64,000 nt of DNA from Ophelia neglecta (Eukaryota): contig OZ260665.1 of NCBI GenBank assembly GCA_965285935.1, positions 55,242,001-55,306,000 of the forward strand, read 5' to 3'. Shown here piece by piece: positions 1 through 14,300 of the stretch; the first letter of the stretch is position 1, and the number at the start of each line of letters is the position of its first letter. The position numbers and the translations under genes were made by a program. Under the pieces are notes generated by a model, which was not told the origin of the DNA, made no database searches, and saw only the letters and a program-made list of their open reading frames with translations.

Positions 1-590
1 AATTACGCACACACGTGCTGCATCCTGTTTTGTAATAAAATTCCTATGAAGATTGAACAATATGGTAGGTTCGGTGTTTTACACACATACATGATTGTAT
101 TCTCAAATGTAGCAATATGCCAAACTTCGGATTATACTTTGTTACCGTTCAATAAATAATGATGACAGTAGAGTGAAATTTTATGTTTATATTTCTGATG
201 TGGACAGTTATTGATTTATCGTTATTTTTTTCCTAGTTAATACGTAAAATATTGCTTCACATCTAGAGGTCTATAATATAATTACCCTCACCTATAGGTA
301 TTTACTACCATCCCAACTATTATTTGAGTTATAAGCCTATTAGGAATACCTCTCCGCATTCCCGATGATATGATATGATTTATACGTAAAAATATAATTA
401 TTTATATAATATAAATATTATATATAATATGAAAAAACCGATCTAGAGTAATGGTAGGCTTTTTACAAATCATAATTTCCTCGCTATCAAGTAATTAGAA
501 AAATCGCCGTTTGGAAATAAATTAATATTTTTATTTCAGATACGATCCACAAGTATCGCATGAAATATTTCACCAGTGAAATATGGAATT

Positions 591-3500
591 ATGGATAGAA
601 TTTGTCAATACAGCACAATTATATTTGCCGGGAATGTGTCTGTGCTACTGGTTGTGGCCATCATGACGGACTACTGGGAATATAGAACTTTCAAATTAGA
701 TGCCATTGTGAAAAAAATTCCTAAGGACACGGACACGACAAAGGTGGTTTTGCCCATGGACACAAATTCTTACATTTTGATCCGATATTTCTGGGAACCC
801 CCAAACACAAGTCGTGTCTCCAGACCCTTGTTCCCCGGCGACGCCGTGGAGGATCAATCTCCAGCACTGCTTCACAAATATTTCTCGGAAAAGATGGTAC
901 TGGCAAACCTGACAATTGAGAATGCACCGCACAATATGAGTCTAGTGGAAGAGCTTCCGGTTGTTCATCGACTTGAGGATGTCATTATATTGTTCCTACA
1001 ATATGGCAACTTATTCCGTGAATGTGATGGTTTGGAAAGTATGTCTTTATTTTCTGTTTAAGTTTCTAAGATACAGATAATTCGTTATTTGAAAACTAAC
1101 GTAAGGCCCATTTTTTTCTGAATAAAACATTGATCATTTTATTTGATTTAAAACGACTTGGTCCCTTATGCAAAAAATACAAATTCATGCCACTCCCAAT
1201 GGAGATATTGTTATTGCATATTGTATATTGAACCCACTGTTTCATTTATGTAAAATATAGGAAACGTTCGCACCCTGGAATGTTCCCGATTTTTGTAAAC
1301 ATTTCTTGACAACTTGGGGTCACTGGGGGGAGAGGGGGGGGTCACAAAATTTATACCTGAAATTTTAGGGGGGGGGGTGTTATATTATTTCAATCGTGAT
1401 TTGCGAAATAACCGCTTCCCTCTGCCTCCCCTCCCCCCCCCCCCCCACACACACACATCTGGCATGAATCATGATCAATCCCTAACACCCGCGATTGGCA
1501 TGACCCGTTTCGTCTTGTAATAATAATAATATATTATCCATCTTAAGCACAGTCGGGCTGGTTCATTGTTTCTTCCATTCATAAAAAAGTCCCTGGCGGT
1601 AAACCCATTTTACGTGACGCAAGGGGCGTGTGGGTATAGAAGTGAGACCCATATTCTCTTAATGAACAAAAAAGTGACAAAACACATATATGAAGTTCTT
1701 ATATCTTAAGTAATTCCATTAATCAATATTACTTGGCAATTTAAAATAGTAAAATGAAATATAGTAATCAGTTTTGACAATAGAAATGAACATGTCAATA
1801 ATTAACACCCCCAGACGAAAGTTAACAATAGCCCAGTCCATCGGCTGTCAAGTCTGGCGACATGGCAACCGTGACGTAATGCGGTCAGAGTTTGTTGTGG
1901 TATCCACGATGTTGCTAAGGGTTTGTAAAAGATGTTACTTTTAACATAAACAAATGACGTGTGACCTGTCTCGATTTTAAAAAAGGTCACAATGACACAT
2001 ATTTGCAGTGACAGTCTACATATGTTGCTCTTCTGTCTGAAATCATCCGATTCAGTTATTTTTTCGTGATAAATGATCGATTAATTTGGAATTAGCCTTT
2101 GAGAATCTGCCCGTCAGATTCCGCACACAAAAACAAATGTAAGGGCCTTCTTTATTTCCTCTAATCCAAGGCGAGTTTTAAAACATTTCGGAACTTAACT
2201 TCCTCTTCCTGATGTTATTCAGAGGTTATATATTTATATAATTTTACCGATAATTCTGAAATGAAATTAATATCCTTTTCAAAATTGACATATATGCCTA
2301 GTTAGAAGCGATTCCACGTGACAGCTGCTGTTCCCTATAGGACTAGGTTAGGCATGAGCGTCAGGGAGAAAAGCAGGTATTAGTTGACAGCGCGATCGCG
2401 GGTCAACCTTTTTAAACAAAGCAATGTAGATAAACATCATGGGTCATAGGTTTTTACGCTTGCAAGAAATTTATCAACGGGTTTCGATCAAAATATACCT
2501 GACAGGTACCAAAATGTTATCATTTAACATTATCATGTACAGAAACCTCCCTATTAGTCACGAGCATGTTGAATAATAGCGTACCGAAAAGATCTTGACC
2601 AATGTGGCTTTTTTTAAGAGATCATCGACCTTTATAATATTCCATGATCATTATAGAAAAGTTTTAACCAATTTCTATTTCAGCTGGAGTGAGGTCGCGC
2701 CTGGGATTGAGTAATAAAAGAAAACAAAGGTGTTTTAACTTTATAACAAATAATAGAGGAGAAAATGACTTTATCAAACGTGAACTTCCAGCTGTGATAC
2801 GTAAGTCTTTGTTAATCGTTATAGTAGTTTGTATACATATAATGATGTACAATTTATCAACCAGGCATGCATGTCAAGAATTAATATTCTTGTCGGGATC
2901 TGTTAGCAGTGTCTCCATACAATGCCACATGAATAGTTGATTTGAACTTGAGCGACTTTTTTCCTCCAAATATGAAACCCAACTTACTTCCTAAATACTT
3001 TAAGCCCCCGCCTCCCCCCCCCCCCCCCCCAAATTTGCCAATGGTATGCCTCTCAAATATTTCTCCCTATTTCTCTCAACTGTAGACATAGAGCGACTAG
3101 CCTTTACAAGTGCCGTTATATGCATTATCGCATCCGCTGTCAGTTTGGTGGGAGGGGCCTATGGCTCGATAATGCATGACAAGGTTGCTATATTGACTGC
3201 ATCTTCTGCTGCACTAATATCTGGTAAGTGGATCTTTCTCATTTCGATGGAAACACTTCGAACAATGTAAATCTAACGCTTAAATGTGTACATACAGGGA
3301 CCACCAACTTAAAGCATTGATCATTCTTGTATGATTGTACTGAACCTAACTTGTTTCTTATTCATTACAAGACATAAAAAATAAAACTGCAGACTCTTAT
3401 AGGCCAACTTCTGATTCTTTATTTGTTTAATTTAATTTAAAGGCGTTTCCCTTACGGTGTGCATCGCCTTGTTTCACGGAAAGTGTCACCTGCTCCACCG

Positions 3501-3729
3501 GCGGGAGTTTATGGCGGGACTAGATGTCCCTTACAAAAAAATAATCAACGACGCCCGCACCCACTACTACGGCTGGTCGTTCGGTTTGGCTTGGATCTGT
3601 GTGGTCCTCGGCTTTATTCACACATGGATTTGGCTCAACAAGGCTCAAGATATACAGCTCAGGTACAGCACTAGGCCTTTACAAAACCGAGACAAAATCT
3701 ACTGCAGCCTAAAAGGTGAATTAAGTTAA
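591..3729 (+). CDS. Claudin/PMP22/EMP superfamily four-TM protein (TMEM178/TMEM114/CACNG-like architecture), ~329 aa, 4 coding exons
   Basis: Exons 591-1038, 2684-2800, 3086-3223, 3443-3729, all GT-AG with phase 1-1-1 joins, total 990 nt. ATG at 591 follows an in-frame stop at 561; acceptor ttcag at 535-539. TM1 is followed by TDYW; YGNLFREC resembles the G-L-W-x-x-C motif, with a second Cys in KQRCFNF; hydrophobic TM2/TM3; the YGWSFGLAW signature precedes TM4. Confidence 0.88.
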
Positions 3730-5302
3730 ATACCGGGTGGATCTAATTCTTTGCCAATTTGCCTCTAGATGATATAGGCATAGCGGACAATACCCATGAT
3801 GTGTACCGGTCGAAAAATATATAAACTACCTGGTCTTTAGAACAGTGTAGCTCATTTTGTTAAAGTTGCAGAAAGATACCTTAAATATTATACTTTAACT
3901 AAGCGCGAATTTATGAGAAAAACGTGTAAGCCCATGTGTGCAATCACTTGTGACACAAACTTACAATGCAACAATCCACCACAGTGCAAGAATTTCCTTA
4001 GAGTTCACACAAAAGAAAAAATAACAACGTCGATTGTTGCGGGCAAGGAGTACTGTTTTCTTGCCCAAGGAGGCATTAGCATTTGGAAAGTTATTAGATT
4101 CAAATATGGTCAATCTTCAGGAAGACTTGGCATTATTTCCCCTCTTGCTTCTGGCTAATTAACAAACATGTTTATAGTGTACTTCCATCATGGAAGGCCC
4201 ACACAATCCAAACCCTGGTCGTTACAGCGAATTTCTAATTTTGTCACATGTATATATTTTTAATGATTATTACATTAGGGCTGCATGTTTCAACCATAAG
4301 CCTAATCATTGATAAATATTTTTCTTGGTTATCTTTTAAAATTGAAGAAGCCACAATTCCATTACACCTAAGAGAAGATACCTAACCTTCGTTATATAAC
4401 AAGGCTCGGGGGTCGCAAGCCGCAAGGTTAAGGCTGCTTATTTAAAACTATAATTGGTAGTTAGTTTTCTACCTAATATATCACGTTTTATAAACATTGA
4501 TAGGTGTTTGTATATTGTTTATCGGTGCAAGATATTAAAACACATTCGACTCTGTATTGATTGGTGTGCGGCAATTACGAACTCGAAATAAGAAGTATCA
4601 CCTTTATAGCCTTAAAAAGTTGAAGAGTATTGGACAACTGTTTGAATCGCATCTTGCAAAACTGAAACAATATCAACGTACTATGTGTATTAACCGAAAG
4701 AACAATATGTGAAATATGAAATTCTTCTACGTTTTATATTGTCTTGATTGGTGTTAGAAAATAAGAGATCCTTTAACAGCACAGAGTCGTTACCTTTCAT
4801 ATAAATAAATATTGTTCAACATGCTTCCAATGTAATCCGGTATACCAGACATTTAGCATTTCATTATTTTCGTATGCTATCAAAATAACTAAACAAAAAA
4901 TGCCGGCAAGTTATACGTGTGGCAGATACTACTGTCACTAATAGGTGTCTTAACACGCAACACGTCGGTAACCAGTATAAAAAGTAAAGACCTATTTATG
5001 GCACTGAGAAGAGGTCAAGTATTCACAGATACGTTCTATAAATTCAGTATAAAAATATTTCATCAACTAGCACGCGAAAACTTCATTGCTTGTGTGTCTT
5101 TTGATATATCGAACAATTATTGGAATCCATTTGTGTGTAAAATCACAATATCGAAAAAAAATTAAATTACACCGAGCACACTGTGTCCGCTGTTGCGTCT
5201 AACTCATTCAGACAATGGGTTCAAACCAACGGTGGTTTACACGCTGTCCAGACAGCTTATTTTCTGGTCAGAACCCAGTCTTGCTGTTCCTGAAGTGCGT
5301 AA

Positions 5303-8300
5303 TTAAATCAGTAGTAGTATGGATACTACTGAGAGGATGATTCCGAACCCTGCCTTCATGGCAGTTGAACCTGAAAGTAAGATGAAGAGTTAAATGCTAT
5401 TCTACGTGAAAACTGTGGCCACAAATGGACGACAAATATTTAATTAAGCACTTACTTATTCAATACTGTTTTATGATCGCTGGAAGAGGGGTAATTTCTA
5501 GCCCCTTCACTGAAAATCTTCCTCACCCAGCATTAAATGCTGCCAGAACCCCCCCCCCCCCCCTCCCATTGCTATACAGCCTCCGCATTTCCGACCTTCA
5601 CCTATCGGCTCTGATCTCTGGCGTTCTAAGAAATATCCTACCTTCTTTGGCCAATAGGTTAGGAGATTAATTTCATTTTTAACAAAACAAAAACGGGATT
5701 GACAAATTTACAACGGTTTGTTTCGGCAAGGGATAGTTATTTCTGCTTCCAGGTGGAGACCCCTATGATTTAATGATAGTAACCCCCCTTACCCTCTCTC
5801 CTGCCACCGGGAGTCCTTAAGAGGAGTTGTACAATCTTGTAAGAACTATATATATTTGCTATTTTGTCATGTGTGTACATCAACTTCAAAATCTTAAGCT
5901 AAACACTGACCTGAATGTTGGTAAATATATTCCCTAATCATTGACCTGTATCCTAAAAAATATAACCATAATCGCAGACCAGAATTTTCAACGCGAAAAT
6001 GTTCGATCGCTTGACGTCGCTACGTATATGGATAAGAAGTATCCGGGAAAAGAGTGCTGCAGTTGGAGTAAACTTTTACACTACTACCAACCCGATTGAG
6101 CAAAAACTTGAGTCTAAAACTTACAGCTTTTTTTCCGAAATACTGGAAAAAGGACCCTTAATCGCGGGACGGATCCGGGAGCGTTTGAGGCTAAAAAACA
6201 AACCCTTTTAAGAGTTTTTTTATTTATGTACGGACATGACTACACCTGCTCCCGAAGTTGGTAACAGTATTGTTGACAATACGTACTACAAGTTGTGCCG
6301 GTACATTGCGGGGTTTCAGTAACAGGATCCTGTCCGTTAAGGATAATAGGAGCGTCCTCCCCGTACACAGCTCGGTTGATGGCGTTCATCTGACTGACGC
6401 TCAGCATATTCTTCCTCTCTTCCGGTATGGCTAGCCCCTGCTGGCGGTTGAATGCATCATAGTGAGCTGCCTCCAACATCTGCAACGAAAAAACACATTT
6501 CAGTGAGGAAATCTAACTTGTGAATTACATACTTAAAAGCAGGATTAGGTATGAAATTACCCCGAGAAAATTAAGCTTAAAAAAATACGCAATGCACCTT
6601 GAGATGATCGAGAGGAATAAGCTTTATGCCATTGATGTGCCAGCCCTCGATGTCTTGCGCTGTAGCTGCTTTCAGTTCACTTCCAGAAAGTCCCGCTGGA
6701 AAACAAAGTATTGGAATAAAGTAGGCGTATTTTCGAATTTAATTGTAAAGTTCTAGAAGCGCCAGCGGTTAAAGTATGTACCCTCGACTGAATTCAGCAG
6801 GCAACTGTGTTTCATGTAAATATTTTTAAACTATACCCCTACATATATGTACAGAATTTCACTGATTCTTTTAACTGCATCTGGAAAAGGTTTGAAATCA
6901 TTCAAAAAACGTCTAGAATTCAAATATCCATAAATATACCAAGAATAATCCCAATTTCCCGATAAACAGAAGCGTCCCAGTCTGACACTCGTCCGTAGGC
7001 ACTTGGCTGTTTAGCCACGTGGGTAAGGGCCTCCAGTTTATTGTATGGACAAGTCTTCAGGAGCGTACCAAGGGTTGCAGCAGCCGTCCTGTGTATAAAC
7101 AGAAACCGGTCAAAAACGGAATGGAGATATTTTATCCGGCTCATGGAAGCTAACTATTATAAGGTAGATTGCACCCTTTGTTCAGAGGTTTCTGGAATGA
7201 ATCTTGCAGCTATATCTTTGTCTGTTTTTCATATTTGTTTAATAAGTATGAGCTAAAATGGACACGAATGAGTCATAGCCTTAAAGATATCTAGTAGAAT
7301 TAAATGCATGATTAATATCAACTTTTAAATATATGTATAGAATAATATGGTACTTTGACAGTTTATTTCATAACAAGGGGCAGAAGCGATGTGAAAAGAA
7401 TAATACATAAATAAGATCAATTCATTCAATACGTTATGGTTTAATTATAAACAATGTCTTGTTAAGGAACATAATAGAATCATCGGATTATCTATAGCTG
7501 AGATACATAAGACATGCCAAACATTTCAAATCACACATTCATACAAAAATCAAATAGAAAAGAAAGAAATTAATTTCAGTTTCGTGGACATTAACTGATT
7601 TACATGGCAAATTAATACTCTTCCGTGAAACATATCTATCTTATGAATTTAAACAAGAAAACAACCATATATAGTGCGTCATATAACCTATTAAAACACT
7701 TGAAAACTCTCCGAAAGAACTTAACTACTAAAACTGTTGCAAACACATGAAAATGGAGTTTCTTCGAACAAAGTCTTACATGTAACCTTATTGAGCCGAA
7801 AATGTAATAAGCAATATAGACTGTTGAATGTAAAGTATAAACATTAACAGTAATAACTTACATGTACTGGGCTGGCTGTATTTGTTTGATTTGGTCAACT
7901 GTCAACCCACAGAGAAAGTGTCCGAGGGACACTAGATGAGAAGCGGCCAGTCCCCCAGGGGACACTATATTAATACGACTCATGTATTTCTGGGCAAAAG
8001 CAGCAGCCTGAAAGATAGAGAATATAAGTAAACAAGTATTTTGATTTAAAAAAAGATTTGGAAGCAAAATTAGCGATCACGTTGGAAGCTGTACCTGTTC
8101 AGGACTCCAGGCATGGAGAGCTCCAAGATCTGTCACAGCATCCTCGTCTAAGTTGTTCAGACACTTGATGTCTTGTTCACTGAGATGGTACCCAATGTTT
8201 TGCATGCCCTGCAGATGGCTCGATGTCAGGTCGCATATGTTACTAGAGACGAGCTGTAGGAATAAGTCAACGATTGCAAGGGCGTTAAATAAATTGATAC

Positions 8301-11300
8301 TTTAGAAAAAAAATGCCATTTGGGGGCTAAAGAAAATATATCTCATTTCAGGTTGTGTATATGCAAAGCCTTACTCTGAAAACATAAGCTAAACTTACAG
8401 ATTTTAACTTTGCCAGCAGGGCATTTCCTTGTTCTGTTGACCAACCCATGCCCGCTCCAAAGGCTGAGAGACAGTTGTAGAATTCCTCCTGGGGGATTTG
8501 ATCAATCTCCATCGCGCTGAGTTTGGTTATAGCAGATCCCATGCTCTTCAGGTCAGCGCAGGTGTATGAATCGGCTGCAAAAAAAACCCATAGTGTCTTC
8601 AGGTGAAAACACACGAGAATGTTTCACCAATAACCTCTCTGTTTCTTCAGCTTCCCATGTAGACTATAACTACCAGTACATAGTAAATATGAACTCACCA
8701 GCTCTGCGCTTCCTTTTGGCTGGATTAGATGTGCTGTCGACGACCTCGGCTATTTGTTCTTCCAGTTCGTCCTCTTCGTCGTCAATCTCCTTGTTCTCTT
8801 CGTCCGTGTTCATGTCTCGACAACACTCGACTTCTTCAGCGTCCTCCTCATCTTCCGGAGTGCCAATGTCTTCCAAGATGGAGTCCAACCTGACTGCCAA
8901 TATTTCCTATAACATCCAAGGTAATATTAAATCTGGTTTAAACATGAACTCGGTTCGAAATGGACTTGGATCTCTAAGTTTTTTTAATTAGGTCCAAAAC
9001 AGCCTACAAAGTCGTGTTATGCTAAGGTTTACCGGTTATCAAAAAATAATACATATATTTATATAGGCAGGTAAAGAAGGATGAATTATATAGCTTCATG
9101 TCTTTTGCTATATCCAAGAAGTACTTTTCTGTTAGCTACTGCAAAGTATCGCTATATGCTATGGTTAAGCATACTTGTTTATTAATTTTCATCTGTATGC
9201 AATAACATTCTTTCCAGTCACAAAATGTAACGTGATTTGGTTATACATTCAATATCTTATCTCTTTGCTTCTTGGTTGTCTATAGATCTTTAATTTGTAT
9301 ATGTTATTATTATTTATTGCTCTAACAATGTACATTTTTATGTGTTATATATGATAGATAAACTAAACGAAGGAGAAAGAAACATGTTTCTGAGTAACTT
9401 TCTATTTTCACCCAATAACCGCGGACCAATGTAAAAATATAAAAACGATATAGCTAAATTACTCCTTTAACAATATCAATTACTTCACAATAACCGCAGG
9501 CGTGCCTGAAAGTGGCACTTTAACTTCAATGCGCTGAGGGTGTTTTTGTGATGTATAATGAACGCCTACCTTCACTCTCTCTCGTACACTGGCAGGTAAT
9601 TTAGAGAGAATGTAAGCTCCGGCCCTCTCAATAATTTCAGCCTTTTCTTCATCATTAACGTTCCCACTAAAATTAGAAAACGCACGAGACCTCACAATTT
9701 GATTGTTTAATAAGTAATGCACTACAGGAAATATATTATATTCAAATGAACATATTTAGCTCCTTACAAAGACAGCTTTCAGAATGAATAAATATAGTGT
9801 GTAGGTCTATATTAACTCACTTGAAATGATCTTGTAATTTTGTCCGGATTTTGTCTCTGATATTACGCAATGTGCATCTCATTCTAAATAATCTGGCCTT
9901 CTTGATCAGGACGTCGGTGGGTATGCGGTCGAGGACCTCCTCTGGCGCCGCCTGGAGAGCTTTGCCAAGAGCGTCAACATCTTCTTCTGTTAGCGAATCA
10001 TCAGTGTCTGCTTTACCCTGGGGGTCCCAAGGGAAACTCTTTCATCAGAATTGTTTTGAGGTTTATTTTCAGATAAAGTGGAACTATAATACTTAGTATA
10101 ATAATGTGTTCGCCGCTACTGCTCGCACTTCATTTGTTGTGAGAAAACGAGCCTCCCTCAAGACGTAGTGATACTTGTTTTGGGAGAATACAATAAAATA
10201 TAACTCACACTCGCTTAAACACAAATATCAGCCTGACAACGTCTTTACAATTAATGTTTAATACAATTTGATCGGAAAAATGCACCCTACTTTTAGAAAC
10301 TTTCGTACATTGCAATTCAATAGAATAATTCGCAAATTCACAAACCCGGCATTCCAAACAAGCTTGAATCACTTTTTCCAGAGTCGCTCTGTCAACGAAA
10401 CACATCAGCTTGGCAGCCCGCCCTTTTTTGGCACAGACCTCGGCACACGCCGAGTCAGACATATTCCTTATGTCATCATCCCTTATAATGAAATCATAAT
10501 TGATTTGTTTTTAATATTTCTTAATATTTCGCTGGCATCAGTCTGACTACTATAAAACGAATATTATAACTACAATATCACAATTATGTCAATAATATTA
10601 TGCTGTTTCTGCACTTTTCTCTACTAATACATTGTTAATAAAATTAAACTACGTAGAGTAACGTGTTTACCTGACTCCCAGAAGACATTCGGAGCTGAAA
10701 GCCTGAGCATGCGCCGTAGTGAACTCGGAGAACGGATCACCCCAATTATAGTCTTCAAACGCCTTCTTGATGAGTTCATAAAGAGCCTTCACCTGACGAG
10801 TATCAATTTGAAAAAAATAATACTTGTTGTCTTTTTCTACTCCACTCAGCCAATTTGAAATTAAATCTAACAAGTGGCTCAAATTATGAGAAGCTACACA
10901 CAGAAGACATGTTTGTGTTATCTAGACATAACATAATTTAATATAAATATTTATGAAATGAATATATATATATCACTGCATGGATAAATAAAAAAGTGAA
11001 TGACGGAAAATATCATTTACTTTCTTTACGATTGAGTAATAAACCAACATTCAATTTACCAATAAATTGATTAATTTCTATAGAAATCCTACCTGCTGTC
11101 CATCCCATCCTCCCTTCATACACATCCGTGATAGCAATCTCAATTTCTCTCTGTTTTCGGCAAGTTTTTCGATGAATTCTGCGCTGAGACCATTCATCAG
11201 TCTACCCTTCAGTGCCCTAAAAGTTTCATAAAATTATAATGATCAAAGCAACATCATTAATGCATACATGGAATTTTATTTTGAATATTTGCTACATTTT

Positions 11301-14300
11301 ACTGTTTATGCGATAAACATCTATTGCCGATATACATATGATACATGAATAGATCAGTTTTACATAAAGAAATCATTGAAATTAAAGCTAGATGCAATAC
11401 GTACTCAAGATCTTCTTCTGTAAGATCCTCTGGTAATTTCCCTTCCAGCAGAGCTCTCACTAGCAGCCGTCTCTAAAGTAAAATATTACAATTGCTGATA
11501 TCATAACATTCATATTCAAATGGTGTTCTTTTGGTCTGGTTAAACCTTTTCAGAATCATGCTAAGATGTTTGTTTAACGTATTAGTGTTTGGTAATATAT
11601 ATTAAGTATTATAGAATTAAATTTAAATCAAATGAATATTTATTCAAATCAAACAATAATAACAAAATGCAATTAATTAAATAAATAAATATAAAACACA
11701 AATGCAATAGACAGAAAATGCATGTTATTAAATTAGAGATAGCTAGTTGGGCCAGGATGACTCACATTAAGGTTAGAGATAAAACGCCATCACGTGAGTC
11801 ACCCCAAAACAGTAATACAAGTTCTAACAATTATTTAAAGAACACATCAAAATGAAAATAAGTCATGTAAACATAAAATAATGAATCAGGGAAACAAAGG
11901 AAAAATACCAAGCTTAAAGAGGGAGGAAATTCCCCTGAGACTTAAGAAAATATTCAAAACCAAATATTCAAAAATAAATAACATAGTACATGATAAATGA
12001 AATATAATAGCAATATGTTTAATTAACATTTTAAAGGGTAGAGACGTTCAAGATATAAAACATTAGTAATACGTGCCACAGATACATATATCATTATTTT
12101 TCTAGAATAAGATACTAATATGAAAAGATACGCTGTATAAAATGCATCAAAGAAAATAAATGTGTTTGTCCCCAACGGTCATGGTCGGAGATTACAAAAA
12201 TAACAATTGGTTCAAATGCATTGGTCACTATAAAAGTGTATATGACAGTAAGTATGACGTTTCTTGACATGCTATGGTGAGCAAAATGTGCAATAAATAG
12301 TCTGTTTGGAGAGATTTGTGCTGTTGTTGTGTATATCCGTTTGATTTAAATTGTACTGAAATATTCAGCCAACTGCATGGTAAAAATCTTATAGTATAGT
12401 TTCAGGAACTTGATTTTATATTAATCCTGAATTGTAAGTAATCCAAGTTAGCTAAGCCTATATGAAAATGTGCTAACATGGAAGTGCACTTACCTGTGAG
12501 AAGCTTGGTTTCGGATCAGAGCTAGGTCTGTCTAAACCAAGAAGTCGTCTGGTGGCATTAGGTTCAAGCCTTCCGCCACCCATTTCCTTAAGTTTTGCTT
12601 CCAACTTCTTTCTACTAATGCTACTCATCATGTCTTCGCTGTCGGCAATATCTTTGTAATCGTCCAACTGAAAAAGTTCTGAGCTACAATTTGGTTCCAA
12701 AATAAAAAATTTAATGTGTATAAATAATAATTAAAACCTTCATGAAAATTTTATCGTCACCAATCATAAGCTAAATCATTTGCATTCACATAATTGTTTT
12801 ATGGGACCATCATGGAAATGTGTCCTCACATGCAGGAGAACTTCCAGGTACATCTTTTTCAAAATCGTTGAGATATACGGTTTAGAACATTTTAATGACA
12901 TAGAGTGACTATGCATGCATGTGGTGATTTTTGTACACCATGTATTTCGTATTTTACTATATATATTTATTCAATAAACATAATCAATCATCTCTATCAA
13001 TCTACCGCCAGTTATCTAGTTATTTGCTACAATAATAACTATATCAGTTGTGTTAACTGTTGATTTATATTATTATTATAACTCTTTTTATTACTTTTGA
13101 GTTATATGTCTATCTGTGTCGTCTTAAAATAATGATAATCTTATAAGCTTAAAATCTGCAAATTTAAAATTAAAATATTAGCTTTTTCTGGCTGCAAGAA
13201 ATGTAGTTCCCTGACAGAAGCTTCAACAAAAAAGTCAAAGTTTCCTACCTTATTGGCAATATCGAACGCTCTTGCCTTTGCGCCAGGATCTCTGTTATCG
13301 GCCATTCCCTTTATACCGTCGACGATGGCTCGTAAAACCTCGCGGTCTTTGAGGTCAGAGTCGGACAGCTCCCTCAGTCTCTCTCGGGAGGAATGGGCAA
13401 CTGCCCGACCAAGGCCCTTTACTTCGTCCCTGGTCAAGTTACCACTCCTCAGTCTGTGTACCAGCTTCTTCAACTATATTTTTCAAATATTCTTGTAGCA
13501 TTAGAAAATGGATTTCGCTTCATTATAAATAGATGGTTAAATGAAAGGCATAATATTATGTTGATCTATATGATGGGTGAGGGATAGTTGGAAATGATAC
13601 ATTTGAGTGTCTCTGCAGCCATATTGTGATTTAATATCCTATTCACTGAATTTCAGTGAGCATCATGTTGTACCTAAAATTAGTAAATAGAGCAAAACGA
13701 GCAGTCAGCCACTCTTAGTAGTACATCTTTAAGATAAGTACTACCCTATAAATAGGATCTGAATCCGCTATGTCATATTTGTGCAGTGGTCAGTGCGGCA
13801 ACGACATTATTGTGCGGCAAGGTCATGGAAAGAAAAGATGTTGCTTGTACGATTCAATCAGTTCAGGATAGTGATAAGTTGTGATTTGGAAAATTCGGTT
13901 GTACTTACAAAATCAGATTCGGCCTCCTCCAAGCATGCCTTGATCATGCTAAGCGCTCCCCTGAGGGCGCCGACGGGGATCTCGTCCAGTTCCTTCTTGG
14001 AGAGACCCAGGACAGCACAACCCATGGCCTGCACGTCGTCCACTGTCATATTACCTGTACCTCTTCCATCAGGACGACATCGGTCAGCCAGACGTTTACG
14101 GTCCTATATGCGCAAATAAACAACAACAAAATTAATATCTCTTCTCACATTCGGTTTCTGCATTATTCGAATAAAACAATTAAATCGTCCAGGAGTTCTG
14201 TTTTCAGTTGGATATTTTTTGTGTCATAGTACATTAATCCATGCGACAATTCTCCCCATTGAGGTTCTAAAAACTGACAAAATAGACCTTTTAGCCTTCA

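Noticed and set aside
1311-1485. Poly-G/poly-C tracts suggesting G-quadruplex or MITE
   Set aside because: Only one plausible TIR end (tgatcaatcccta) is visible, and similar homopolymer tracts recur at 3007, 5548, 18577 and 42231 without a definable element.
6240-6286. Alternative Cys-rich C-terminus STYCQQYCYQLREQV* from the ORF track
   Set aside because: A phase-1 donor at 6287 joins to the GPI-signal exon at 5370, so the extension is best read as intron. A soluble intron-retention isoform cannot be excluded.
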